Below are positions 12,169 through 26,778 of a stretch of DNA of 64,000 nucleotides, in pieces. The position numbers were made by a program, and so were the translations under genes. Within the stretch, counting starts at the first letter, position 1, and each line of letters starts with the position of its first letter. Origin of the DNA: Lytechinus pictus (Eukaryota); NCBI RefSeq assembly GCF_037042905.1, contig NC_087251.1, positions 2,420,001 through 2,484,000 on the forward strand, read 5' to 3'. The notes under the pieces are model-generated. The model saw only the letters and a program-made list of their open reading frames with translations, had not been told where the DNA came from and did no database searches.

Positions 12169-13348
12169 AAATGAACATTAGATGCAAGAATCTGGTTGCT
12201 GTTTTAAAAAAGAGTAACACAAATTGTATTTTTATTACTGTAAAAAATAAAATACAGCATTAGGTTTAAAATCCAAGGAAAGACCATATTTTCTAAATGG
12301 TAAATTATATCTCTGAAAATAAAAAAAATATTCAAAATAATTTAAGGTCTTGTCAGATATTGGCATCACAAGGAATAGTGGTTTGAAACTGACTAAATAC
12401 ATGTATATTGTCAGGAGGCAATTGAAGAACAGATAGTAAGATAAAACACAGAAAGAGAGAGAAATGGAGGAAAGAGACATAGTCTAAGGATTTGTCAAAC
12501 ATTAACACGAACGATAAATCTATCAAATCAATTCATGAAGTTCGGTTTATATATTCTTCCTGAAAAAAATTCTTCTACGAACAGCATTATTGTGAACACT
12601 TGTTCGTAAAAGATACATTGATAAAAAAATGTAGATGATGGGAAAAGATGTGCAAGCATGTCTGTAACATGGACCCATGTATAATAGTCTGAGTGTTGTC
12701 CGCCTATCTATAAGATGTTACATGAACTGAGATTGAGAGAGAGAGATTGAGAGAGTATTGGGGAAGGAGATCCCTCACATTGATGATTAATTAAATTGCA
12801 CGGTCAACTAAAATGCCACCAGCTCAACTTGTCCGTCATATCAAAACAATTTAATTAAATGACAGTTGTGATGACAGGTGATTACAATCACTGAAATGAC
12901 TCTTGATCTCATCCCTTCACGTTCTCCCTCTCATCTTTCTTCCATCTTTCTCTGTCTACCTATCTCCATTTCATGTTTACTATTGATCTTTATCATTCTT
13001 CAGACTTTCTTTTATTTTTATCCTTCTCCCTGTTCCTCTCATCACTTGTATATTTCTTACTGTTTACTCTATTTTCTTTTCTTTTCTTTTTTCTCACTTT
13101 CTTCTTCGTCTTACCTTTGTTCTCTTATCCTCTCCTATTTGTAATTATCCCTTTATTTCCCTTTCTCTAATCTTTTTTTCTTATCCCTTTCTGTTCTCTC
13201 CTTATCTACATTACCCCCATTGATATGCTCTTGCCTCCATAACATCCTGTTCTCTCTTTCAATGGCTTTTTGTAATTTCTCTTCCTCTTCCATCAATATA
13301 AATTCTCTTTCTTTCACCATATCCATTCCCTTCCCCTCTCTTTCCCTC

Positions 13349-14455
13349 TTCTCTGTATTTCCTTTCCAGCTCACTCCTTTCCCCTCAGTTGATAAGATTC
13401 TTCACTGTACACCTTCCCTCTCTCTCACTCTTTTTTATATATTAGTCTATTCTCTGTATTTCCTTTCCAGCTCACTCCTTTCCCCTCAGTTGATAAGATT
13501 CTTCACTGCACACCTTCCCTCTCTCTTTCCCTCTTTTTTATATATTAGTCTATTCTCTGTATTTCCTTTCCAGCTCACTCCTTTCCCCTCAGTTGATAAG
13601 ATTCTTCACTGTACACCTTCCCTCTCTCTCACTCTTTTTTATATATTAGTCTATTCTCTGTATTTCCTTTCCAGCTCACTCCTTTCCCCTCAGTTGATAA
13701 GATTCTTCACTGCACACCTTCCCTCTCTCTTTCCCTCTTTTTTATATATTAGTCTATTCTCTGTATTTCCTTTCCAGCTCACTCCTTTCCCCTCAGTTGA
13801 TAAGATTCTTCACTGCACACCTTCCCTCTCTCTCACTCTTTTTTATATATTAGTCTATTCTCTGTATTTCCTTTCCAGCTCACTCCTTTCCCCTCAGTTG
13901 ATAAGATTCTTCACTGTACACCTTCCCTCTCTCTCACTCTTTTTTATATATTAGTCTATTCTCTGTATTTCCTTTCCAGCTCACTCCTTTCCCCTCAGTT
14001 GATAAGATTCTTCACTGCACACCTTCCCTCTCTCTTTCCCTCTTTTTTTATATATTAGTCTATTCTCTGTATTTCCTTTCCAGCTCACTCCTTTCCCCTC
14101 AGTTGATAAGATTCTTCACTGCACACCTTCCCTCTCTCTCACTCTTTTTTATATATTAGTCTATTCTCTGTATTTCCTTTCCAGCTCACTCCTTTCCCCT
14201 CAGTTGATAAGATTCTTCACTGCACACCTTCCCTCTCTCTTTCCCTCTTTTTTTATATATTAGTCTATTCTCTGTATTTCCTTTCCAGCTCACTCCTTTC
14301 CCCTCAGTTGATAAGATTCTTCACTGCACACCTTCCCTCTCTCTCACTCTTTTTTATATATTAGTCTATTCTCTGTATTTCCTTTCCAGCTCACTCCTTT
14401 CCCCTCAGTTGATAAGATTCTTCACTGCACACCTTCCCTCTCTCTCACTCTTTTT
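13349..14455. repeat. Pyrimidine-rich minisatellite, ~11 copies of a 101-104-bp unit
   Basis: The marker GATAAGATTC recurs at 13391, 13492, 13595, 13696, 13799, 13900, 14001, 14105, 14206, 14310 and 14411; the units are nearly identical. Confidence 0.97.
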
Positions 14456-15824
14456 CCAATTTATCTCCATCTTTTACCCTTCCTATTCATCACACCATCA
14501 TTCTCTCAACCTGTTTCTCATTTCTCCATCTCTTTTTCACCTTCCTCTTTTCTCCATCTCCCGACCCTGTCCCCTCTTCTCTGTTTTGACTAAGCCCTTA
14601 TGGAGTAATAGATTACCCTTGCCTCAAGACCCTACACAAATTAAGACACATATCTTGATATGTAATCCTCTTATCATACTCTCACAATGATTAAACACTC
14701 AAAAATATGTTACGATCCTCATCACCTCCATACCCTTTGGCTCAACAAAATATATTTATGTTTCAATTATTCATACCTGTACTGAGCTTGTAAATGTAAA
14801 ATTAATTTCAGGTTCATGTGTGTGGCACTAATAGGCTTGCTGTTTTATCAGTCTTTATTTTTATATTAAGAACTTAAATTTTAGAAGTTGAATGCAAGAA
14901 ATATATAGGTTTCCTTTATTTATATCATCTTATTTCATATGATTTAAGTATTAATAAGGTCCAAAATGGAAAATATAAATGACAGACACCACTTAGCTGC
15001 ATATATTTCCTATATACTGCACCTGACATTGAAAGTTAGTCTATTATCCTACATCATCTATAAAAAGTGATCAGAGAGATGATTTCACGAAAAAAAAGAT
15101 GCTAAATAGATTTAGTTTATTAGCACATTGCACTACAAAACAAGGTGTTTAAACTACCCCAATGGTGTTTACTTTACACCAGTATTGAAAAGGTTGTATT
15201 AGTTAAACGACCATCAATATTACCACAACATGTATTGTTGTTGCCATAGCACTACAGTATTTGGCATTGTAATTAAGTCATGTTGTGTAATTCCACCTGA
15301 AGATGTGGTGCTCTCACAACACTGACACCAAGACCTACTTAACACTAGTATTAGTGTTAGGAAAGATGAAGTTGAACCCAGTTCAGAAGACTTGGTGTTG
15401 AGTGTAGTAAACTCACTAACACCTCAATATTAGATTCATATCTACTCTAGATCAGCTAGTGTACATAACCTTACTTATTTGGAACAATGGAATAGTTGGG
15501 TTTATAATGTCCCACTTTTCAAAACTCATGCTATGTGATTGGTCAAAAAGGTATTCATATGATTAGACTTAGGTTGCTCCATTAATCCATTGCCTTTAAC
15601 AGAAAGGCTACGAAAGCATACATGTGTGTGAAATGTACGCTTTTGAGAAAAACTCAAAATGAAGTTTTTATTTTTTGAGTCATAAAGATGTGCTCTTTGC
15701 CAGCATAAAGGAAATAGATGTTAACTCTAATAACCTTATATATTGTTGGTTGAAAGACTTTGTTATAAAATGATTTTTATTTGAATATTATTTCTATAGT
15801 GAGTGTGGCATTCTTGACCTAGAA

Positions 15825-16280
15825 CCCGGGGGGAGGACACTCACATACATTGGTGGTATGGGGACATGCCGCTTTGATGACCCCCTTTTTTTAGACCTAA
15901 TTTTCAGTTCTCAAGATACTCCGAATGACAAAAGTTCCATTCAGAAGCCGCCCCGCTTGCACGACCCTGTTACGAAACATCTCAGTTCCTAGCCCTGCCA
16001 AAATTGTCCAGCGCGAGCACTGCATGCGAGAGCTGCACGCACAGCTTCACAACTCCCTCCGCTAGCTAACGCCCACAAATGCATGCAGAGCGCTAGCGTG
16101 CACCCTACTTTACTAAGATCCTGTTCCGTAGACCCTGTTTTTCACACCACCCAGTATATATTGAGCTCCCAAGACCCTGTATTTTACCCATGTGATCTGT
16201 TCCTTAGACCCCCATTTCAGGGTTCCGTGAGGCACACCCCCATCAAAATATAATTTGAGTGCCCCCCCCCCCCTTCTGGG
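15825..16280. mobile_element. MITE with CCCGGGG... terminal inverted repeats (TIRs) and a 7-bp TSD
   Basis: Left end CCCGGGGGGAGGACACTCA, right end TGAGTGCCCCCCCCCCCCTTCTGGG. CCTAGAA is duplicated on both sides (15818-15824, 16281-16287). Internal GTTCC..AGACCC motifs are repeated. Confidence 0.85.
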
Positions 16281-19200
16281 CCTAGAACACCTTCGGAATG
16301 GTCTTCAGAATACAGATTTATGAGTTTTAAACCCAGGATCCTAAATAAACTAAATTTCAGGGACCTGGTTTATCTCAAACTCCAACGATATATTGTTTAA
16401 TATCAGGTTTGAAATGGATATTGATCTGTGGTGTGATATGTCTATCTAGGTCTTTCACCTCTGTAGATATAAACCCTTCACTCTATCGATACCTAACCAC
16501 CAGTTGTGTGTCCTTTCTCATCCTATTCTACTCTTTGTCTTATACTGTTTACGTAACCCTCTCATAATGACTACTCCTATTACAATGATCAAAAAGAACA
16601 AATGATCTTTTGCCGACTTAGCTACGTCAGTTGTAGAGGTAGTCTCAGTTGGAAGTCTATCATTAATGACATCGAATTTGGCAGATCTCCAATAATTTAT
16701 GAGCTGCATTTTCTTTGTTTTAAAATGCCATATTGCCCTATCAGGCATGGCCATGTTGCTTTTCATCATCTAATTGTCATAGGGGTTTCAAATACTAAAA
16801 GCTGCATGCAAGGTTTATGTTAGATGTCTTACATATTATTTGTTTATTTTCCTGATAAAAGAAGCTGTAATAGAAAAAATGAGCTCTGTTCTTGGTATTC
16901 AGGAACAGTATTTCAGAAGTGATATTTAATTCATAGCAGCATTTGATTTTTTTTCTTTTTTTTGCTCTACACCTCCATGGTGGTAGGTTTCCAATGAAAG
17001 TTTGCATATTGTCAAACTACACATTTATAACTACAAGCAAAGTTGACAGATTTGTTAAGAATTACCACTAATTAATAATGTATAAGCACTCTTGGTTAGC
17101 ATTCCATGTGTCATGTTTCACGTCTGAGCTGAGAACATGCATGAAATACATCATAAACCAGTACTGAGTTCATCTCTTAATCAGAGTTCACAGTGGACCA
17201 TTAATCATAATACAGTTTTCCAGGAAAGTTGGTTCAATATCCTGTATCTTATGACAACTGCTTGAAGGCTCTTAGGTATGATGATCCACCTACTCTCAAC
17301 CCTAAGCAATTTCTTGATAAAACTAAAAGGCATGACATCATGTGTTTGACATCTGTATTATTTATCTTTTAGTTAGTCAGTTATAACTATGAATTTTGAT
17401 GAACAGCAAATAAACCCCATCCCAGGAGCCCTGATTCATTGACATTTCCCGGAAGAGCTTACAACTGTCTTCGTAGCAACTAAATGATGTCATCCACAGA
17501 CCTTGGAATTTTGTGGAGACAAGTGTATTTCTTGGAAGGCACCCATTAAATCCTGCATTTGAGGTTTGTGCTGACATTTTGGTGGCATGAGCTGTTTACT
17601 TGAATACCCTTTATGTCAATATGCCATATATCCACTGCACCATTATTGTATGTACTCATTCAAAGCAAACTTGTTGTTGATAATGATCACAATATTAAGT
17701 AGGAATATGATGATAATGAAGGTAACAACAACAAAGAAAAATAACTAATATTTAACTTATCATAGATCATAATAGTGCACTCACAAATGTTGTTTATATA
17801 TGATTTGAACATTTCAAATCTGTATTGTAACACTGTGTATGACAAGCAGTAAAGGAATTATAAACAAGTTGATAAGAGTGAAATGTAGGTGTTGTTCCAG
17901 CAGATCTTTAGTATTTTTGTTCCTTTGAAGAAAAAGAAGAAGTGAGACAGGGGCCAAGAGAGATGGAGAGGTATATTGAACTGCAGGGTATTTTGGGCAG
18001 GTGGCTGTCGTTGTGTCAGGCTTGCTGAGTGGCGGGTGCAGCTATTAAAACCCAATAAATGCTTCCCTAATTTCTAGCAGAATCACAAGCGCAGCTAATT
18101 TGGGTAACTCTTCGTCCACAGCCTGCAGTAGATGATGAGAAAATAAATGCGGAGACGTTTGCAAAGCATGTTCAGTTGATGAAATGTCAATGTCAGTTTT
18201 TATGTTTGTTTAGCTGTGTAGTCATTATGTTGAGCCTGAAACGCTAAATGGATAATAGCACAGCATTATCAATATAATGCTGTAAATTTAAGTATTGTTT
18301 TTATTTTTTTCAATTTCATGTTGTTATATATAAGGAGAATTGTAAGAGAAATTACATGTATATTCAGTCATTTAGTTACTTTTTCTCTAAGAAAGTTCAT
18401 TGCATAATAAGAACGTTCCAGAATGTCTTAGTTAAGCTTCGGTATGTAGGCATGAGGCAGAGTAATGATTAGTATTTGTATAATTTACAATGATTCTTGG
18501 TAGACAATAGGGCCTGCTAGTGACAGTGGAAAAGGACAATAGGATTAGCTATGTTGTTTGCATTGTTAATTTCACTGAGGTCATTCAAGATACAAACGCT
18601 TTTCAACCCATGGATTGCTGAAATAGACTGTTTATCATCATCAACTTCGTTTTCACGGACATTTCAACTCGTTACAGTGACTGTTATTATTCATCGTGTT
18701 TTAACATCAATTTCAGCATTGTGGACTCTTATTTAAGGAACCTTTACCAGCCAACTTGGATATATATATATATATAACATTTGGAATAACTCAGAACTGA
18801 TTCTTTAAGATATGTAAAATGTACTATTTTGTTTTGTTTATTCTGTGTAAATAATTAAAAAACAAAAATAATCTAATTAATTTTTTTTTTTTATTTGTTC
18901 GGTATTCAATATCGTAACAATGTAGGTTATTGAAAGCATTTTCACTTCCTCCACCATTTTTCTAACTTTTCATTTCATTTCATCAAGTCTCTAAAAATTT
19001 GAATATCTATTTGGGACAATTAATGCTGTTTGAAAACAGAAGTCAATTTAGATTATATCTTTTCATTTGTGTTTCTAGTCTTATACATCATTTTACTTTT
19101 CTAGCTTATTTTGAAAAATATTTCTGACATTCTTTCCTTTTTTCTTAACCATAACAGAACCTATATGTTTATGGTTTGGAATAGATTTAGCTTGTCATCT

Positions 19201-19343
19201 GTTTTTCTTTTTCAATTTTTCTTTTCATGTTTATGACAGAAAAGAACTATTTATGGCCTGTACCATTTGCATGAATTCTGTATGTTATTTCAGTCTTCAT
19301 TAAACATCTTCACTGTGCTATAGATATTTTTACCACAATATTA

Positions 19344-19484
19344 TCTCTCTCTCATTTGCTTCCTAGGTCATGTAATAAACAATATATAAGCCTTTTTTCA
19401 ATTGGAACATTAAATTAATGTTCCAATTGAAAAAAGGGTTATATATTGTTTATTACATGACCTAGGAAGCAAATGACAGAGAGA
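19344..19484. repeat. Near-perfect 141-bp palindrome
   Basis: 70-bp arms around a single-base centre (19414), with only two mismatched pairs (19351/19477 and 19390/19438). Confidence 0.95.
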
Positions 19485-22400
19485 GAGGGGGAGGGGAAAG
19501 GGGGGGGGGGGGATAAAGGCCTTAAAGTGTTAATAAAATCAATATTTGTCATTGTTGGTCATTTATTGAAATCATAAAGATGTATCACCATGAAAATGCT
19601 CCAGCTAAGTAATTAGTCAGAAAGTGAGATGGTTATCATTGTGATGTATTGAGGTGAAGATATAATTGGCATTTTGTGATCACTATCTTGGTGAAGATAT
19701 GATCTCGTTGAAACAAAATTCTGAATCACTATTCAAATATTTGAGACTCCATGCTAATGTCCCGTAAATGTCAATGTATTTGATACTTTACAGCAATGTA
19801 GAAAAATGCATTGCAAAAAGTATGAATGAAAAGAGAAAAGGAAGATTGAAAGTGTGAATACATATTGTATTTCCTGAAAAGAGAGAAAATTATGAGACTT
19901 GGAGATGGTGAAAATGTAGAAATGAATGTAAAAATTGTCACAAATTGTGCTTAAGTAGTTAGGAAGTAAAATGTGAAGTGCTTGTAAAAAACACTATACT
20001 TATTACTAATATTCAATGGATAGGAGGTACATTTGAAACTTTCATTTCAGTGCATTTCAAATATTATATAGACCTACTACGATAGTGTAACAACTTCGTA
20101 TTAATTATGTGTTTATTTACAGAGTATTTGGAAAGCATTTTTTTTTATGGTACTAAACTTCAAAGGGTTCCGCCTTATCTGCAAATGTTAGGGTCTAAGT
20201 CAAGGGTTGTTTAAAGAAAGAAGACTGATTCTTGAGGCGTGTATAATCTTAGAGTAAAATACATTCAGGAATCGTTGTTCTGCTGTAATTATTCCATGTA
20301 GTTTATGAATATTTGAATAGAGTTGAGCTGAGAATGATGCATGTATGGAATGGAAAAAAGAATGAGGGCCACACATAATGGACTCACTGGCAGACCTCAT
20401 GCATGCCTGTGAATTCAGGCCATGTTTCTTTGTGACATTCCAAACATCAAAATAATTTCCCATGTCGATGGCGGATTACTTCGCAGCCCCATGGCATGAT
20501 TAAATGCATCTCTACCATCATTGGAAAGGGAAGGGTAAAGGAAGGGGAAAAGGAGATGGGTGAAATTACATAGAAGAGATTGAAAGAAAGTGATCTGAAG
20601 ATAAATAGTTATACATACACCCACACATTAAATACATAATTCACATGTTGTACTAAGAGAAATAGAGGGAGTACTGCAAGAAAGACATGTTTGAATAAAC
20701 TGAACAGATTGCCATGATAAAGGAACAGAAAACAAATACACATCCTTTTTTTATATATGTATAAGATAAAATGAAATCTGTTTTGTTCTGGAAAATGGAA
20801 TAGTATGTTGATAAGGAAAATGATTTTTTTTTGTAGGAAGAAGATACAAAGATTGTCACCATAGAAGAAATTGAAAAAGGGAGGGGGAGACAGAGATGGA
20901 GAGACAGAGTGATAGGAAATGTGTCAAAGAAATTGAAAGGAAAAGGTCAAAGGGACTTAGTTGAGAATGGAATGAAAGAAAGATATGAAGCCAAAGATTA
21001 AAATGATAGATAGAGAATAAAGGAGCAATTACTTGAAGGATTAAAAATGAAATAAAAGAAGACAGATAAGAAGACATAGAAGAAGGTGGGGTATAGGAAG
21101 AGTGTAGGATACCGCCAGAGGTAGTAGGCTAGCCTATTGAATGGATTGGGAAAAGAATTACCATGTCTAGCCCAGAGACGTAGCAGATTACATGTAATAA
21201 CAACACAAATTATCTGGCTTGATCTTATATCAGCATATCTGTTGATATACCATGATTTGACTATACATTGGTATACACAGGTGAATTGTGATGAAATATG
21301 GTGTCCTATCGCCCTTTTCTTTATACCATTTGTAAAGCTTACCGTTGTATGAAGGTTTATACTTCTTGCTTTGAATAGCATTATTGATTAATAATAATGA
21401 TGATTATATTGATTATAATATTGATGGAAATAGTTAAAGTAATAATAAACAGGATAATAATTGAGAGTGATTGAACAAAAATAAAGTTGCAAAAATAAAC
21501 AAATAGATATCACATTTTCAAGCAAACTCACAAAATGTTATCATGCTAAATATCTACATACGGTACCCTCAACCATTATATTCAGCATTTCCCCCAGCAT
21601 GTATCACATTTTCTGTACATTGTTAATTTATTTGTCTAATGTACATAATGAAGAGCAATGCAACACCTTTTCGGATGACATTTAATACCTGGGTGGAGAG
21701 TGGCGATAGTAGATTCTAATCATGCAGAGGATGCTATTATTTATGACATAATTACCTTTTTTTCGATTGTATTTTAAATCATTTTTGTATTACTTTGATG
21801 TATATTCAGGAATTATACCCTATCAATTGAAATCCTCTCGATCCAGCAATTATTGCTTAAATTTGTTTCACAGTTTAAAAAGTGTGAATGAATTCCAGTG
21901 TCATTTTAAATATGATATTAGATAAATACAATAGTTTCTGTGTTATTATAATAGATGTTAGCCTTGGAACAAGGTCTTTTGAATTAGATCACATAAATTC
22001 TTCCATCTTTCAATTTGATTAAATGAGCTAATTAACAATTGGCCATGAATATCAATCAGTCTGTGGGTGGCATTTTGCCTTGATTTAGTGAGAATTAGCA
22101 AGTTATAATCATATCAAACGGTGTTACGCCCCAAGTCTATAAACATGGTAGTCATTGGCGTTGGTATGCTCATCGTAAACATAGATTGAAAATAAGACAT
22201 ATTTTATTGTCTAAGTCTTGTTAAGGATTATTTTAGCAATAAAAGTATCATCTAAAACTTATAACAATAAAAAATAAGAGATATTAATAATACCAAAATT
22301 ATTTGTCAAGGAAAAAATTATCATCACCCCCTAAATGCAGTATGTGTTGTATGCTCTTTTATACAGGTAAACAATATGTGAACAAATTGAATATTTTCAA

Positions 22401-25400
22401 AACCTTTCATTAGTTTCTTTTCTCTTTCTACATTCTATTTCAATGTTTTAAAAAAGAGTGCATGTATACAAGATCAACATGTACCTCTGTACTTGTAATT
22501 GGTAATAAAATGATAATGCTAATTCTTTCAGGTAGATCTTCACAGAAGGAATAATGATTGGTTGAACTTCATTCACAGTTGATTTTTTTTTTGGATTCAT
22601 GAAAGCAAAGTTAAATGCAAGGAATGTTTCATAATGGAATGTTGAGAGTCAAAATGCTTGGAATCTGTAGGTAAAAACTCAAAGTGCTTTTTCAAAACTT
22701 CAAGGTTGGGTTTTATCATGTGTGTGTATATATCTGTGTAGTCATCTCTTGATATATAATGCTCGATGCTTAACTATAAAAAAGAAGGGGAAAAAGAAAA
22801 ATGGAATCAGTTTGATTCTTTATAGGGCCTACTCTCAGAGTATCTTGAATAGATTTTGTTCTACAGAATGTGACAGATGAAATCCAGGGTCTTTAATGCA
22901 AAATATTTGATTGTTCTTATTAATATAAGTTGTAGGTCTATGGCAATACACTATGAAAATATGAGTAATTGTATAATAGGGCAAATAATGAACTATAGCC
23001 ATGTGAGTAAAAAAAAATGATTTAAATGTATTGATACGTCGTCATGAATGATTCACCAGGTTTTGGGGGTTTGTATGAATGAATTATAATATGATTGTAA
23101 GGAGGTCTGACGTCATGACCAGCTATTATGCATACCAGCTGCTAGCTGAAGCACGAAGCCATACGTCATCACATTGAACTGATCTGGATGGGGGATGGAG
23201 GAATTACTCAACGTGATAGGAATCTTGACTATTCATCCTTTCACATGGGTCAAAGAGAAAGAGGAAGAAAGATAGATGGTAGGATAGAGAAGGGAGGAAG
23301 GCCAGGAAGAAGTGGGGGCAAGAAAGTGTGTGTGTGTGTTAATAATTATTTTTTCACTTCATCAAACCACTAACTCATTACTACAGATTGCATTTATATC
23401 ATGACATGATAATAATTATTTGCACAAAACTAAATTTATTTTCAGTCATGTTCCAAACAATGAAATATACATAGTATGTGTGTACTGATAAAAGATAGTT
23501 CCACAAACTCAAAATTTGTATTTTGTATGAGATTGGTTTGAGGTCTTATTTACTTTAATCTATACTTTGTCTACTGCATGTGGGGGTGTTTTCAGGTTGA
23601 TACTAATTTGTTTGAACATTGAAATATTGTGAAATATATATTGTGAAATATTTTTCACTTCATAATTCTAATACCATATCTTTTCACTGATCGATTCATT
23701 TCAACTTAATATGTGTAAAATTTAATCACTGACTCTTATATGTCGAAGCGTATTTCTCCCTTTTCAGTAAGGGGAGAAGATGAAGAAAAATAAAGGGTGA
23801 CCTGAAATGATTTCAGTAAACGTGATTGCAAGTATGAGTGATAGTATTGAGTGGGGTGAGTTGGGCCCCTAGTGGGAGGTTGAAGGAGTTGGATTGAATC
23901 TCTTTATAGCCATTTTCAGTCTAAATTTGCTGCTCCACCACCCAAATGAGGAATTCTCCTTCCCACGTTCCTCCATAATGAACTCTCAAAAATCTGAGGG
24001 GAAATTTCAAATCTTGGAATTCTCTCTTTCTACATCATTATCTACGTGATTCTAGAATGCCTTTCTCTTTCTTTATCATATAGTCTGATTACATTTCTGT
24101 TTCCATCTATTTTTCTCTTTCTCTTTCTGACTTCTTGGATTGTTCTCTTTACCATTCTGTATGATATCATACTGAACATGCTTTTCCTTAAAAGACACAT
24201 GTAAAGGAAATACACACTCAAATTGTATTAACTATGATTATCTAATGTATTAACCAAAATGATTTGTGAATTCTCATATCTAAAATCTATTTATATAGAA
24301 AATTCTTATAAATAGTTATTGATTTTGGTGGGCAAGATGTTAATCTTTTCAGCTCTATAAATAATGCCAAATATAGTGTGCATATGGCCTTGACCAATAA
24401 TGTGTTGCCTTGTCTGTTTCTCCATCCCTAAAATGTAGTATTTTCATGTTATAAACCATTATGTGATCCGGATATCTCTTATGTTTCTAACTAGCAATAT
24501 GATCTTCACTTCTTTCTGTATCCATGTGAGAAATATTTCCTGAAAAAAACCCAGATACAATTAAAATGTATCTTTATGTTTTCCCCAAAAATATCCCCAT
24601 TAGATATCTATATATTGTGCATCCTAAGTTTAAATTTTAAGGATGTACTGAATATGCAAGATCAAACTACACAAATTGTATTTTCCAAATTTCCTTTCTT
24701 GTATAACAAATTTTAATTGCTTCCTCTGTCTTTATCAGCAGTGGTTTGAAACATGTTCTCAGTGGACATTATGGGACATACAAAATTGGTATAAGGACAA
24801 GATTATGATATACATACTAGACAGAAAGAAGCAGATGGTGAGAGGGAAGGGGGATACACTTTATTTTTAGAGTTCTAAATAGGAAAAAAAATGAAACATT
24901 ATTAGTTGATTGTAGAGAAGTCTTGATATTGTTCTCTGATTGAGTTCCTAAAGTGATTGTCCATATGTGCTGTGTCCTTAGGTGATGGTATGGTTTGGAA
25001 ATATAAATGGCATGTTTGCCGACATTATAAGATGGGAATAACTTAGAGCCAGTATGCTATGAAGGGATGAGCCGCCTGCTACCCTTCTTATCAAACCTCC
25101 TAGTATGAGGTACAGACAGACGCCCAAGACAAATGAATCTAATAATTGGCATCTCTCCGACTGACCTTGCGGCATAGCCTCCCTTGTTTGCATACATGTT
25201 AGGAATGTGGCAGTAATGATGCAGATGGAAGCTTTCTTTTAATTGCTTTTTAGGCAATGACGTTCTTGGAGATGCATGAACATATTTAAAATGACTGAAA
25301 TGACTGAATATGTGTTAAGGGATGGGAAGGGCATTGTTTTGGTGACAATTAGGCATTATGAAAAGAAGATCATTGGAATTTAGCCTACATAAGGATATCA

Positions 25401-26778
25401 GAACCTGGGGAACAGAGGTTGTATAATTAAGGAAATCTGTTCTTCATGAAATTTGATATCCATTGACAGAAATGGTAATAAGCTACTAAAATTGTAGCGC
25501 TGCATAGTTATGAGTAGAATCTAACATACTTGAACAAAATAGATACATCATTGAGGTGCTTTTCAGTATTTACCAATTGACAAACACATGCCTGCTTTTT
25601 CTAATAAGAAGTTATTTTTAAATCAATGCAATTAGATTTCTCCAGATAGATGCTGCTCTGCATTTATTTTGCATGTGATGGAACAAGTATATTATTCATT
25701 TTATAAAACAGTGACATTTGCCATTCATTTGGGTGTTTTCCCCCATGGTCTAACCTCTAATATGTGATAGCGCTGATATACTTAGCATGCAATATCACTT
25801 TTTAATGTTTACCTTCTTTGCAATAGAGTACATTTCTACAAGAATGTTGATTGTTATGTTATACGTTTCTACCAATAACAAATGCTTGAAAATAAATTCA
25901 TTTTGTAATCAAATAATTATAGACACCTTTATTTGAATTCACAGTCCTTTGAAATGGTACAATTTTATGTAACCTTTAGGAAAGGTGGGTATTTAGCGAT
26001 ATGTTATTTTTCTTAGGTCTTTATGAGTTTAACAATATTGATAATTAGATTCTCAAAATTGGATACTTATTACCTGCAAGCCCCAGAAGAACAGAATTGG
26101 ATACTGATTGGTAAATGTGAATAATTATGAGTTTATGTAATATTTTCTTTCATTCACAACAAAGGAAAATGTAATTCTGTAAAATCAAAATGTGATTGAA
26201 AGAATATAATAGAATGGTATATCTATGAAGTGCATAATAATTAATACTTAATACTCCATGTGCTTATATATGAATTCTAAATAGCTGTTACCCCAGTTCT
26301 CTTATTATTTAAATTGAAAATAGATTAATTACTTTGTTGACTGCTCCACATCAAGGACATGAGGAGTAATGAATATTGTTGATGGTAGTTATTAATGATT
26401 TGGTTTATAGACTGCCAGCAATATTTGCAAAAAATTGAAACTGCCTGCAGCATTTGAGAATGATAAGGACATGCATAATGCTATATGTGACCTAAGTATC
26501 TTTAACACTCAGCTCAATTTACTGTAAGGCTTTTAAGTATAATTTTTTAATGAAAAAAAAATATTGGAAAGAATCTAGTATTTAGTGGCCTACAATAACC
26601 ATGAAAAACCCCAATTGCTGTAGAAGTTACTGTATTTGTATGATATAGATTTGAATATGTTTTAGTATCAGATCTTGATATTCTATAGGTTTAACCTGTG
26701 GATCTCTGTTTTATTTGAGATTATTAATTACACAATTCCAATGGATTCCAATACAAGTACAAAAGGCTTATAGTTATA

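Noticed and set aside
13220..13954. 244-aa ORF with internal repeats
   Set aside because: It is a translation of the pyrimidine-rich minisatellite and has low-complexity F/L/S/P composition.
13349..14455. CRISPR-like regular repeats
   Set aside because: There are no unique spacers and no cas genes, the context is eukaryotic, and the units are contiguous tandem copies.
15131..15425. CACTA-like element starting CACTACAAAA with ACACC repeats
   Set aside because: No matching right terminus or TSD was found.
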